Virus record (IMG/VR): IMGVR_UViG_3300027849_000851
Location: 1-28,073 of that record
Direction: 5' to 3' (one strand)
Source: a virus
Lineage: Duplodnaviria > Caudoviricetes
DNA: 28,073 nt
Shown here one piece after another: positions 1 to 7,480 of this stretch. How positions within the stretch are numbered: position 1 is the stretch's first letter; each line of letters begins with the position of its first letter. The notes beneath the pieces were generated by a model. The model had not been told where the DNA came from. It worked only from the letters and a program-made list of their open reading frames with translations, and made no database searches. Both the position numbers and the translations under genes were made by a program.

Positions 1-1
1 G

Positions 2-688
2 CTAGATAGAGCTCAATCATTAATCGATTATCTAGCAGATAATGGTCATAAAGTAAATTATCGCCAAATTAAATTAGATGGTCTAGTAGATTTATTAGAT
101 TCAGCACTAGTTGAAGGTGGAGATGATGTACCAGAAGGTCATTATGAGAATGACAACATGAAAGAAACAGTTGTTCCTAATAGAAATAAAATGTTTGCTT
201 CTATTACACAAGCAGTAGCATTATCTGTTGCAAATAGAACAGAAGAAACTTGTGATATTGCATTAGGAATTCATGCGGGCGATCATGCTGTTTACCCTGA
301 TTGTAGACAAGAATTTAGAGATGCAGATGATAAAGCATTTAGAGAAGGAAATTGGGATGCCGACAGAGTAGGGTACTTTACACCCTATTTATTAGGAGAT
401 AAGTTTGATATATTAAAAGATGGACAAATATTATGTAAAAAGTTATTTATTGGATTCGATGAAGTTTATTCTAGAACTAATACTTCTTATAAACCTTTTC
501 CTAATGGGAATAGTGATTATAAATCTGCTTCGTCTGTTGAACGAATTGAAGCTTTTATTGCGTTGGGTAGGAAAGACCCTGTACAATATGAAGACGAAAC
601 TGGTCCTGTGGATTATGAAGTAGCAATGAACGCAGTATTAAAAGTATTAAACGAACATACTACAGCGGCAGAGCTTGGTAGGGATTAA
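2..688 (+). CDS. queC: 7-cyano-7-deazaguanine synthase QueC (5'-truncated by window edge; Cys-free C-terminus)
   Basis: Frame is open from base 2 (LDRAQSLIDYL...VPEGHYENDNMKETVVPNRN). QueC motifs VPNRN, GIHAGDHAVYPDCRQEF, TPYL..DK..I and ERIEAF are present. Adjacent to queD/queE/folE. Confidence 0.93.
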   Translation, partial: LDRAQSLIDYLADNGHKVNYRQIKLDGLVDLLDSALVEGGDDVPEGHYENDNMKETVVPNRNKMFASITQAVALSVANRTEETCDIALGIHAGDHAVYPDCRQEFRDADDKAFREGNWDADRVGYFTPYLLGDKFDILKDGQILCKKLFIGFDEVYSRTNTSYKPFPNGNSDYKSASSVERIEAFIALGRKDPVQYEDETGPVDYEVAMNAVLKVLNEHTTAAELGRD

Positions 689-746
689 TAGGTAATATTG
701 TTATATATTTATATGTTATCATTTAACAATTAGATTAAAGTAAATA

Positions 747-890
747 ATGGAAAACAATCAATCAAACAACGGAAACACTCAGATTAATCAAACGAGGAAT
801 TCGTTTAATGACAAAGTAGCTAAATTAAGCATATTAGGTGCTAGTAAAAAAGTCGCTTGGGACAACAGAAGGCGTAACCGAGCGATTTAA
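747..890 (+). CDS. small hypothetical protein (47 aa, MENNQSNNGNTQ...WDNRRRNRAI)
   Basis: ATG at 747 after an A-rich leader, TAA at 888-890. Fills the gap between queC and the tRNA. Below the ORF-track size cut-off. Confidence 0.6.
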   Translation: MENNQSNNGNTQINQTRNSFNDKVAKLSILGASKKVAWDNRRRNRAI

Positions 891-896
891 AGGATC

Positions 897-969
897 TGTC
901 TCGTGGTGTAATTGGTAACACGTCTGGTTTTGGTCCAGAAGAGTTCAGGTTCGAGACCTGACGAGACAA
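897..969 (+). tRNA. tRNA-Gln (anticodon TTG/UUG), CCA not encoded
   Basis: Acceptor stem TGTCTCG/CGAGACA. D arm GTGT-AATTGGTA-ACAC. Anticodon arm TCTGG-TT TTG GT-CCAGA. T arm TCAGG-TTCGAGA-CCTGA. U1-A72 pair is typical of bacterial tRNA-Gln. Confidence 0.96.
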
Positions 970-983
970 CTAAATATTTATAC

Positions 984-1154
984 ATGAAAAATAAAAAACA
1001 ACAATTACCCGATGCACGATTGCACCAAAGAGTTTCATTCATTAAGTCATTTATCCGCATTCTGGGTTATGGGGCTTTATGGTATAGCTTGGATATTGCA
1101 GCAATTTTACTTATATTGAGTGAGATAGTGGGTATAGGAGAAGAATTAGTATAA
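984..1154 (+). CDS. small hypothetical membrane protein (56 aa)
   Basis: ATG at 984 downstream of the tRNA (the track start at 912 overlaps the tRNA). Hydrophobic C-terminal half FIRILGYGALWYSLDIAAILLILSEIVGI. Confidence 0.7.
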   Translation: MKNKKQQLPDARLHQRVSFIKSFIRILGYGALWYSLDIAAILLILSEIVGIGEELV

Positions 1155-1170
1155 TAATTAAAAATAAAAT

Positions 1171-1413
1171 ATGAACAAAATTTATTATTTTAGTGCAGAT
1201 TGGTGTGGGCCTTGCAAAATGTTAGGACCTATAATGGAAAAAAGTGGTTTACCATACCAAAAAATTAATGTTGACAACGATCAGGAATTGTCAACAAGAT
1301 ATAGTATTAGAAATATTCCAACATTAGTTAAAGTAAATGCTAATGGAGATGAGCTTGGTAGATTAACAGGTGCTCTTCCTATAGAAAAAATTAAAGACTG
1401 GTACAATGGGTAA
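1171..1413 (+). CDS. trxA: thioredoxin
   Basis: FSADWCGPCK active site, cis-Pro motif IRNIPTL, 80 aa. Confidence 0.93.
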   Translation: MNKIYYFSADWCGPCKMLGPIMEKSGLPYQKINVDNDQELSTRYSIRNIPTLVKVNANGDELGRLTGALPIEKIKDWYNG

Positions 1414-1870
1414 ATTTCAATCAAGTAAAGTATTTGACGGGTTTAGCACAGTATTCCGTCAATGGAAAGCAGAAACAACTCACTGTAGGTTTGTTCATGG
1501 TTATGGAATTTCATTTAAAGTTTATTTTGAAGGTGAATTAGATGATAGAAATTGGGTTTGGGATTTTGGTGGAATGAAAAGAGCTAAAACTAAAATAGAT
1601 GATATGTCACCAAAAGAATGGATGGATTACATGTTTGACCATACTTTAATAGTAGCCGAAGATGATCCTTTTATAGCAGCCTTTAAACAAATGGGTGACG
1701 CTAATGTAGCTCAAGTAAGAATAGTACCAGCAACTGGAGCAGAAAAGTTTGCTGAGTATATTTATAATAAGTTAAATGAATTTGTTACAACCGAAACTGA
1801 AGGTAGAGTTAAAGTTATTAAAGTTAAATTCATGGAACATGGTAAAAATGCTGCTTACTACAGCGAATAA
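1406..1870 (+). CDS. queD: 6-carboxy-5,6,7,8-tetrahydropterin synthase QueD (PTPS family)
   Basis: HCRFVHGY, WVWDFG, FDHT, TGAEKFA and C-terminal E-H-x-x-N motifs. Lies in the que cluster. Confidence 0.9.
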   Translation: MGKFQSSKVFDGFSTVFRQWKAETTHCRFVHGYGISFKVYFEGELDDRNWVWDFGGMKRAKTKIDDMSPKEWMDYMFDHTLIVAEDDPFIAAFKQMGDANVAQVRIVPATGAEKFAEYIYNKLNEFVTTETEGRVKVIKVKFMEHGKNAAYYSE

Positions 1871-1911
1871 GTTATAATAGTGAATGAAAAACCACTTAAA
1901 AAAATTAACAT

Positions 1912-2697
1912 ATGCATAAACAATTAAAGAGAATCGAAGACTACGATAAGAATTTACCTATTGTAGAAATCTACACAGCAGTACAATCAGAAGGATCCAG
2001 AGCAGGCTACCCAACAGTAGTAATTAGAACAACAGGTTGTACTCATAGATGCTTCTTTGGTGAAGGGGGATGGTGTGATAGTTGGTATACAAGTATTCAT
2101 CCAGAAAAAGGACATTTTAACTTTAAAGATATTATTAAAGCATATGAGGATAATCCCCATATAAAAGAAATGATGTTAACCGGAGGATCTCCTACAATGC
2201 ATCCCGCTTTAGTAAATGAACTAACCCACTTTGCCCATGAAAAAAATATATTCATCACTATTGAAACTGAAGGTAGCCATTTTTTACCAACTGACTATCC
2301 TATTAATTTGCTTTCTATTAGTCCTAAGTTCTCCAATAGTGTACCTGTACTTGGGGTATCTACACCTCAAGGAGCTATTACAGATGAAAGAATGATAAAA
2401 ACACATAATAGGTTAAGACTTAATTATGATGCAATAAAACAATCAATAGCATACCATTCAGATTACCATATTAAACCGGTATGGGATGGTAAGGATCAAG
2501 AAGCATTAGCCGAAATTATGGAATGTATTTCGATATTAGATGTTAAACCTGAAAAAGTATGGTTTATGCCCGCTGGGGATTCTAGAGAAGGATTATTTAA
2601 ATCATATCCTTTAGTATTTGATTGGGTTAGAGATAATGGATATAGAATGACCTGGAGACCTCACATAATTGCATTTGAAGATCAAAGAGAAGTATAA
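1912..2697 (+). CDS. queE: 7-carboxy-7-deazaguanine synthase QueE (radical SAM)
   Basis: EIYTAVQSEG..AGYPTVVIRTTGC, WCDS, LTGGSP, IETEGS, SISPK and WRPH match the QueE pattern. Confidence 0.92.
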   Translation: MHKQLKRIEDYDKNLPIVEIYTAVQSEGSRAGYPTVVIRTTGCTHRCFFGEGGWCDSWYTSIHPEKGHFNFKDIIKAYEDNPHIKEMMLTGGSPTMHPALVNELTHFAHEKNIFITIETEGSHFLPTDYPINLLSISPKFSNSVPVLGVSTPQGAITDERMIKTHNRLRLNYDAIKQSIAYHSDYHIKPVWDGKDQEALAEIMECISILDVKPEKVWFMPAGDSREGLFKSYPLVFDWVRDNGYRMTWRPHIIAFEDQREV

Positions 2698-2707
2698 AAT
2701 ATAAAAT

Positions 2708-3328
2708 ATGAAGTTAAAAGATACAATAGGAATATTCCCTAATGCTTTCACAAAAGAACAATGTCAATTATTAATCAACAAATTTGACTATGAAAATGAA
2801 TTAGATAATACCCGAATAGGAACAAGTGGTGCTGGTGTAGACCATGACATTAAAAAAACTAAGGATTATTGTATTTTAAACAATGTAAGTACGGGTAATT
2901 CAAGTTTATCCTCTATGGTAATAAATAATTTTAATAAAACTTTATCTGATAAGTATTTAGAGGAATATCCTTATCGTGATTTATATGATCATCACTTTAT
3001 AGTAAATGGTAAATGTTCTTACCCTATGCTCCAAATCCAAAAATATGACCAAAATTCTGGTCATTATAATGCTTGGCATGTAGAAAAAGAAGATAAAAAT
3101 ACTATGCAAAGACTTTTTGTTTTAATTCTTTATTTAAATGATGTTAAAGAAGGAGGAGAAACTGGATTTTTATTTAAAGAAGAGGGAGAGGATGATTTCT
3201 TTAAAGTAAAACCTGAAGCTGGTAAACTAATAATACACCCAGCAAGTTGGCCTTACATACATAAAGGATACATGCCTAAATCCGATGATAAATACATTTT
3301 AACTACTTGGTTAGAATTTAATATTTAA
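2708..3328 (+). CDS. 2OG-Fe(II) oxygenase superfamily protein (prolyl-4-hydroxylase-like)
   Basis: IQKY...WHVE (HxE), LYLNDVKEGGETGF, KPEAGKLIIHP, HKG and KY motifs. Confidence 0.88.
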   Translation: MKLKDTIGIFPNAFTKEQCQLLINKFDYENELDNTRIGTSGAGVDHDIKKTKDYCILNNVSTGNSSLSSMVINNFNKTLSDKYLEEYPYRDLYDHHFIVNGKCSYPMLQIQKYDQNSGHYNAWHVEKEDKNTMQRLFVLILYLNDVKEGGETGFLFKEEGEDDFFKVKPEAGKLIIHPASWPYIHKGYMPKSDDKYILTTWLEFNI

Positions 3329-3330
3329 AT

Positions 3331-3359
3331 TTGGATAAGCAAGAAGCCCTTCGTATATT
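3331..3359 (+). promoter_or_regulatory. putative promoter TTGG-N16-TCGTATATT upstream of folE
   Basis: Same two boxes and spacing recur at 9899, 13044 and 14898. Resembles the Bacteroidota -33 TTTG / -7 TAnnTTTG promoter. Confidence 0.7.
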
Positions 3360-3468
3360 GGGGGAAATAGAAGAGAATATTAATGTTTGTTGTGCTATAA
3401 CAATGGACCCAGATGAAGTGTTAGTATTAATAGATAAATTAAAAAGTTATATAAATGAACAATCGTAG
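3331..3468 (+). CDS. small hypothetical protein (45 aa, TTG start, MDKQEALRILGEIEENINVCCAITMDPDEVL...)
   Basis: Open frame exactly filling the oxygenase-folE gap and overlapping the folE start by 14 nt. Amphipathic helical composition. Confidence 0.5.
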   Translation: MDKQEALRILGEIEENINVCCAITMDPDEVLVLIDKLKSYINEQS

Positions 3469-4147
3469 AAAAATTCACCAAGAATTAGAAGTAGTACAAG
3501 AGGGTTTTGCAAATGGTGTTGCACCCGGATTTCCATTTAACAAAGCACAAAAAGAGGATATGATTGAAAAAGCAGCCCATAAATTTGGATTGTTTTTAGA
3601 TGAACTAAAGTGTGATTGGAGAAGGGATCCCAATTCAGCTGAAACACCTAAACGTGTAGCTAAATCTTATGTTAATGATTTATGGGCTGGTAGATACACT
3701 GAAATGTCACCCATTACATCATTTCCATCAGATGGTTATGATGGTATTGTTATTGAACGAAATATACCTTTAACTTCAATGTGTTCACATCATCATCAAA
3801 CAATTGGAGGTGTTGTTCATATTGGATATATTGTAGGAGAAGAAGGTAGAGTAATTGGTTTATCTAAACTAAATAGAATTGTAGAATTATTTGGTAGAAG
3901 AGGAGCAATTCAAGAACAATTAACATCAGCTATTCATAATGCAGTAGATAAAATTTGTGAAAATAATAAAGGTGTTATTGTAACTATAGTTGGAACACAT
4001 AATTGTGTAAGCTGTAGAGGAGTTAAACATCAAGGTGCTGCAATGGTTACTACTAAGGCATCAGGTGTATTTAAAGATAATACAAACCTAGCAAGAAAAG
4101 AATTTTTTGATTCACTAAAAATAAATAATGGAGGACACAATATCTAA
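3455..4147 (+). CDS. folE: GTP cyclohydrolase I FolE
   Basis: ETPKRVAK, SMCSHHH, HIGY, IGLSKLNRIV, IQEQLT and HNCVSCRGV motifs. Confidence 0.95.
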   Translation: MNNRRKIHQELEVVQEGFANGVAPGFPFNKAQKEDMIEKAAHKFGLFLDELKCDWRRDPNSAETPKRVAKSYVNDLWAGRYTEMSPITSFPSDGYDGIVIERNIPLTSMCSHHHQTIGGVVHIGYIVGEEGRVIGLSKLNRIVELFGRRGAIQEQLTSAIHNAVDKICENNKGVIVTIVGTHNCVSCRGVKHQGAAMVTTKASGVFKDNTNLARKEFFDSLKINNGGHNI

Positions 4148-4526
4148 AACCTACTTAAGTTGGAGCGACATCGATGAATGTATAGACATTCTAGAAGAGA
4201 AGATTAAATGGGAAATACCTAATGTAGAAACCATTACGGGACTACATAGAGGAGGATTAATACCCGCAGTAATACTTTCTCATAGGCTAGATTTACCTTG
4301 GACTGATGTTGTTTATGAAAATACTTTAGTAGTTGATGATATTAATGATACGGGTAAAACATTATCAAAAGCACCAGGAATGTATCATGCTGTGTTACAT
4401 CATAAAAAAACATCTACTTTTAAATCAGCAGTATATGCTAAAATAGTAGGTGATGAATGGATAGTTTATCCATGGGAAATGGATAATTCAGATCCAATAC
4501 AAGACTATTTAAAATTTAACAAATAA
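4128..4526 (+). CDS. type I phosphoribosyltransferase (xanthine/guanine PRT-like)
   Basis: GLHRGGLIPA, PRPP-binding loop LVVDDINDTGKTL, C-terminal WIVYPWE typical of purine PRTases. Confidence 0.9.
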   Translation: MEDTISKTYLSWSDIDECIDILEEKIKWEIPNVETITGLHRGGLIPAVILSHRLDLPWTDVVYENTLVVDDINDTGKTLSKAPGMYHAVLHHKKTSTFKSAVYAKIVGDEWIVYPWEMDNSDPIQDYLKFNK

Positions 4527-5098
4527 TGGGAAAACAATTAAAATTATTTAAAAAAGAAGAACTACCTGTATGGGTTAACGGAGTACCGTTTGTCGATGAG
4601 GTAGAAATTTTTAACGCCACATTTGGCAAACCAAACAATTATGAACCAATCATACCAGAAAAAAAAGAGTGGCAGTTCGTTTACGACTTCATACTCGAAG
4701 AACTTGAAGAATATAAAGAAGCTTGCGAAACAGGAAACATCGTGGAAGTTTTGGATGCTTTGTGCGACATTGCTTATGTTTCCGTTGGGAACGGTACTAT
4801 GTTACATGGCCTTAAAAATAAGATATGGCCAGCATATCAAGAAGTACAAGCAAGTAATATGTCAAAAGCTTGCTCAACTGAAGAAGAAGCCCTGGCTACC
4901 GTCAGCTTACGAAGTAAGGAACAAGGTGAGGCCTGCCATTTTGAGAAACTTAAGGAAGGAAGGTATATTGTCTATAGATCAAGAGATAAAAAAGTAATGA
5001 AAAACGTTAATTATTTTAGACCCAATTTAACCCAATTCTTTACAATAAAGGAAATTGAAAGTTGCTTACCAAATATAAATCCAGGAACTATTATATAA
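4526..5098 (+). CDS. MazG-like / PRA-PH family nucleoside triphosphate pyrophosphohydrolase
   Basis: EELEEY...EVLDALCDIAYV, EVQASNMSK and KVMK..YFRP of the all-alpha NTP-PPase family. Confidence 0.88.
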   Translation: MGKQLKLFKKEELPVWVNGVPFVDEVEIFNATFGKPNNYEPIIPEKKEWQFVYDFILEELEEYKEACETGNIVEVLDALCDIAYVSVGNGTMLHGLKNKIWPAYQEVQASNMSKACSTEEEALATVSLRSKEQGEACHFEKLKEGRYIVYRSRDKKVMKNVNYFRPNLTQFFTIKEIESCLPNINPGTII

Positions 5099-6844
5099 AT
5101 GTATAAAAAGTGTTATGCTACCAAATTAAAGGACAATAAGTTCAAAATCCACTTATGGGATGAAGGAGGATATGATGAAATTGAATGGTGGAATACTGCG
5201 TACAAAGAAGACCCCAATGGTAAGCTAGTTGGTTTAAAAGGTGAAAAACTAACCAAAACAAACCAATGGCATAGAAGTGATTATAATCTTCATTTTCACG
5301 ATATTAAACCCCACCAAAAGTTTCTAATTGAAAGATATGGAGTTAACGATGAACCTTCTACAGGACATCGAGAATTATTTTTTGATATTGAGTGTGAAAT
5401 AGGAGGAGCATTAACTAAAGAATATATAGAAAGTGCCCCTATGCCTATTACTTCCATAGCTTGGTGGGATAAAACCGAAGATCATTGGGCTATATTAATT
5501 CTAGATAAGAAAAAACAATTATCTCACACTAAAACAGGGGAAAATAAAAACAAAGAAATAATACCCGTTAGAACTGAAAAGGAATTATTAGGTAAATTTA
5601 TAGAAATGTTTAGAGATATTAATCCTGACATTTTAATTGGGTATAATAGTGATTATTTTGATATTCCTTACTTATATTATAGAATTTGTAATGTATTAGG
5701 AGAAGAATTTGCTAGTTATTTATCTCCTATAGGCAAAGTTAAAACTGAAAAGAAATCATGGTTTAAAACTAAAGAGGGCAAATGGATATCTGCTTGGGCT
5801 AAAAGAGACCAATTTGTAGACATTATAGGAGTTGAATCCTTAGATTATATTAGATTACACAAAAAATATAGCTGGAAGGATGAACCAAGTTACAAATTAG
5901 ATGCTATTGGAGAAAAGTATGCAGGAGTAAATAAAATTGAGTATGAGGGTAATTTAGATCGATTATTTGAAACTGATATTCATAAGTTTATTGAGTATAA
6001 CTTTATGGATGTTAAAATTTTAAAGTTATTAGATGAAAAACTTCAATACATTGCTTTAACTAAAAATATTTCACATAAAGGTAAACATAATTACAGCGAA
6101 GTATATTCTAATAGTGTTACTCAAGATGGAGCAATATCTGCTTATTTATTATCTCAAAATATAATCCCACCTTATAGACCATCTGGTAAAAAAGATTTAG
6201 ATTCAACTTATGCTGGTGGCTATTTATTTTGCCCTAAAGCAGGATTATACAAGTATATGTTTGATGAGGATTTAACATCGCTGTATCCATGTATAATTAT
6301 GTCTATTAACATAGGTCGAGAAACTTTGGTGGGACATATCATAGACGCAGATGATCGTAATAATCGATTAGCCCTTAACGACTTAAAAGAACGCGACCCT
6401 GAAGATGAATTATTAGTTGAAAATTCAAGTGGTAAAAGAACTTATGTAAATGTTAAGAAATTAGTTTCAATGATTGAAAAAAACAACTTAGCTGTATCTG
6501 CTAATGGATGTTTCTTTAGTACTGACAAGGAATCGGTTTTAGCTACAGTATTAAATACTTGGTTTGATGAAAGAGTTATTTACAAAAATAAAATGAAGGA
6601 GGCATATAAATCAGGTAATAAAGTAAAGGGGGAACACTACCATTTAATGCAATATACAATGAAAATTCTACTTAACTCACTATATGGGGCTACAGCTTTA
6701 CCTACATTTAGATATGGTTTACCTAAATATATGATTAGTAGAGCTATTACATTATCAGGACATAGAATTATTCAAGAAAGTGCATTATGCGCTAATAGAC
6801 ATATGAATAAAGTATTACGTAACGAGATTAAACTAGAAATATGA
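5099..6844 (+). CDS. polB: family B DNA polymerase, N-terminal subunit (3'-5' exonuclease, motifs A and B)
   Basis: ExoI FFDIE, ExoII GYNSDYFDIPY, ExoIII YNFMDV, YAGG, motif A DLTSLYP, motif B KILLNSLYG. Ends before motif C. Confidence 0.94.
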   Translation: MYKKCYATKLKDNKFKIHLWDEGGYDEIEWWNTAYKEDPNGKLVGLKGEKLTKTNQWHRSDYNLHFHDIKPHQKFLIERYGVNDEPSTGHRELFFDIECEIGGALTKEYIESAPMPITSIAWWDKTEDHWAILILDKKKQLSHTKTGENKNKEIIPVRTEKELLGKFIEMFRDINPDILIGYNSDYFDIPYLYYRICNVLGEEFASYLSPIGKVKTEKKSWFKTKEGKWISAWAKRDQFVDIIGVESLDYIRLHKKYSWKDEPSYKLDAIGEKYAGVNKIEYEGNLDRLFETDIHKFIEYNFMDVKILKLLDEKLQYIALTKNISHKGKHNYSEVYSNSVTQDGAISAYLLSQNIIPPYRPSGKKDLDSTYAGGYLFCPKAGLYKYMFDEDLTSLYPCIIMSINIGRETLVGHIIDADDRNNRLALNDLKERDPEDELLVENSSGKRTYVNVKKLVSMIEKNNLAVSANGCFFSTDKESVLATVLNTWFDERVIYKNKMKEAYKSGNKVKGEHYHLMQYTMKILLNSLYGATALPTFRYGLPKYMISRAITLSGHRIIQESALCANRHMNKVLRNEIKLEI

Positions 6845-7110
6845 CATTAAAAAAACAATCCATCAGAAGTAACCAGACAATTTTAGACGCATTAAGTGGA
6901 GAACCTATCTCTAAAGAAGAATTAATAACTAGAAGTGAAGAATGGAATGAAGTCCAAACTAACTTCTTTAAAAAAATGCTTAAACAAGGTGGTAGTTTTA
7001 AAGTTGCTGGGGTTAAGTATAAAGTAGAAGTAGCAGAAAGATCAGATATTAATTCTAAATTAGAAAAACCAGTAAAAGTTCCACCATTACCTGGGGAAAG
7101 AACGTTTTAA
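6841..7110 (+). CDS. hypothetical protein between the two polymerase halves
   Basis: 89 aa ORF with ATGA overlap on the upstream stop. No recognisable motif. Confidence 0.75.
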   Translation: MTLKKQSIRSNQTILDALSGEPISKEELITRSEEWNEVQTNFFKKMLKQGGSFKVAGVKYKVEVAERSDINSKLEKPVKVPPLPGERTF

Positions 7111-7111
7111 T

Positions 7112-7480
7112 ATGAAAATAGAGATTTCAAACGGAGAATTATTAGATAGAATATCAATTTTAGAAATAAAAAAACTAAATATGGTAAATGCTGATAATTT
7201 AGCCAATGTTGAAGTGGAATTCCAAAACCTAAACCATGGAGTAATAGATTTATTTACAAAAAATGGTAGGGAAGTTAAGGTTTTATTTTTGGAGTTGTCA
7301 AAAGTAAATGGTATATTATGGGAGTTAGAAAACGCGGTTAGGGGCAAAACCATATCTGATAAAGAATTTAGAAAATCATCACTAATGATATTTCAATATA
7401 ATGAAGTTAGAAGCCAATTAAAAAATGATATTAATATTATTACTGGATCAGAATTTAAAGACGTAAAAGAATATAGATGA
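7112..7480 (+). CDS. DUF6165-like helical protein
   Basis: EISNGELLDRISILEIK...VNGILWELE...NEVRSQLKNDIN..GSEF.DVKEY matches the recalled DUF6165 pattern. Confidence 0.75.
   Translation: MKIEISNGELLDRISILEIKKLNMVNADNLANVEVEFQNLNHGVIDLFTKNGREVKVLFLELSKVNGILWELENAVRGKTISDKEFRKSSLMIFQYNEVRSQLKNDINIITGSEFKDVKEYR

Noticed and set aside
420-623. Alternative-frame + strand ORFs (420..623, 4623..4997, 18787..18975, 25940..26194)
   Set aside because: Wholly or almost wholly nested in well-supported genes, with no motifs.
912-983. N-terminal extension of ORF 912..1154
   Set aside because: It overlaps the tRNA-Gln. ATG 984 is the plausible start.
6842-6850. Stop-codon reassignment (TGA/TAG readthrough) explaining the split
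   Set aside because: The TGA is followed in frame by CAT TAA and the second half is in another frame. TGA and TAG end other genes at sensible positions, and genes are full length in code 11.
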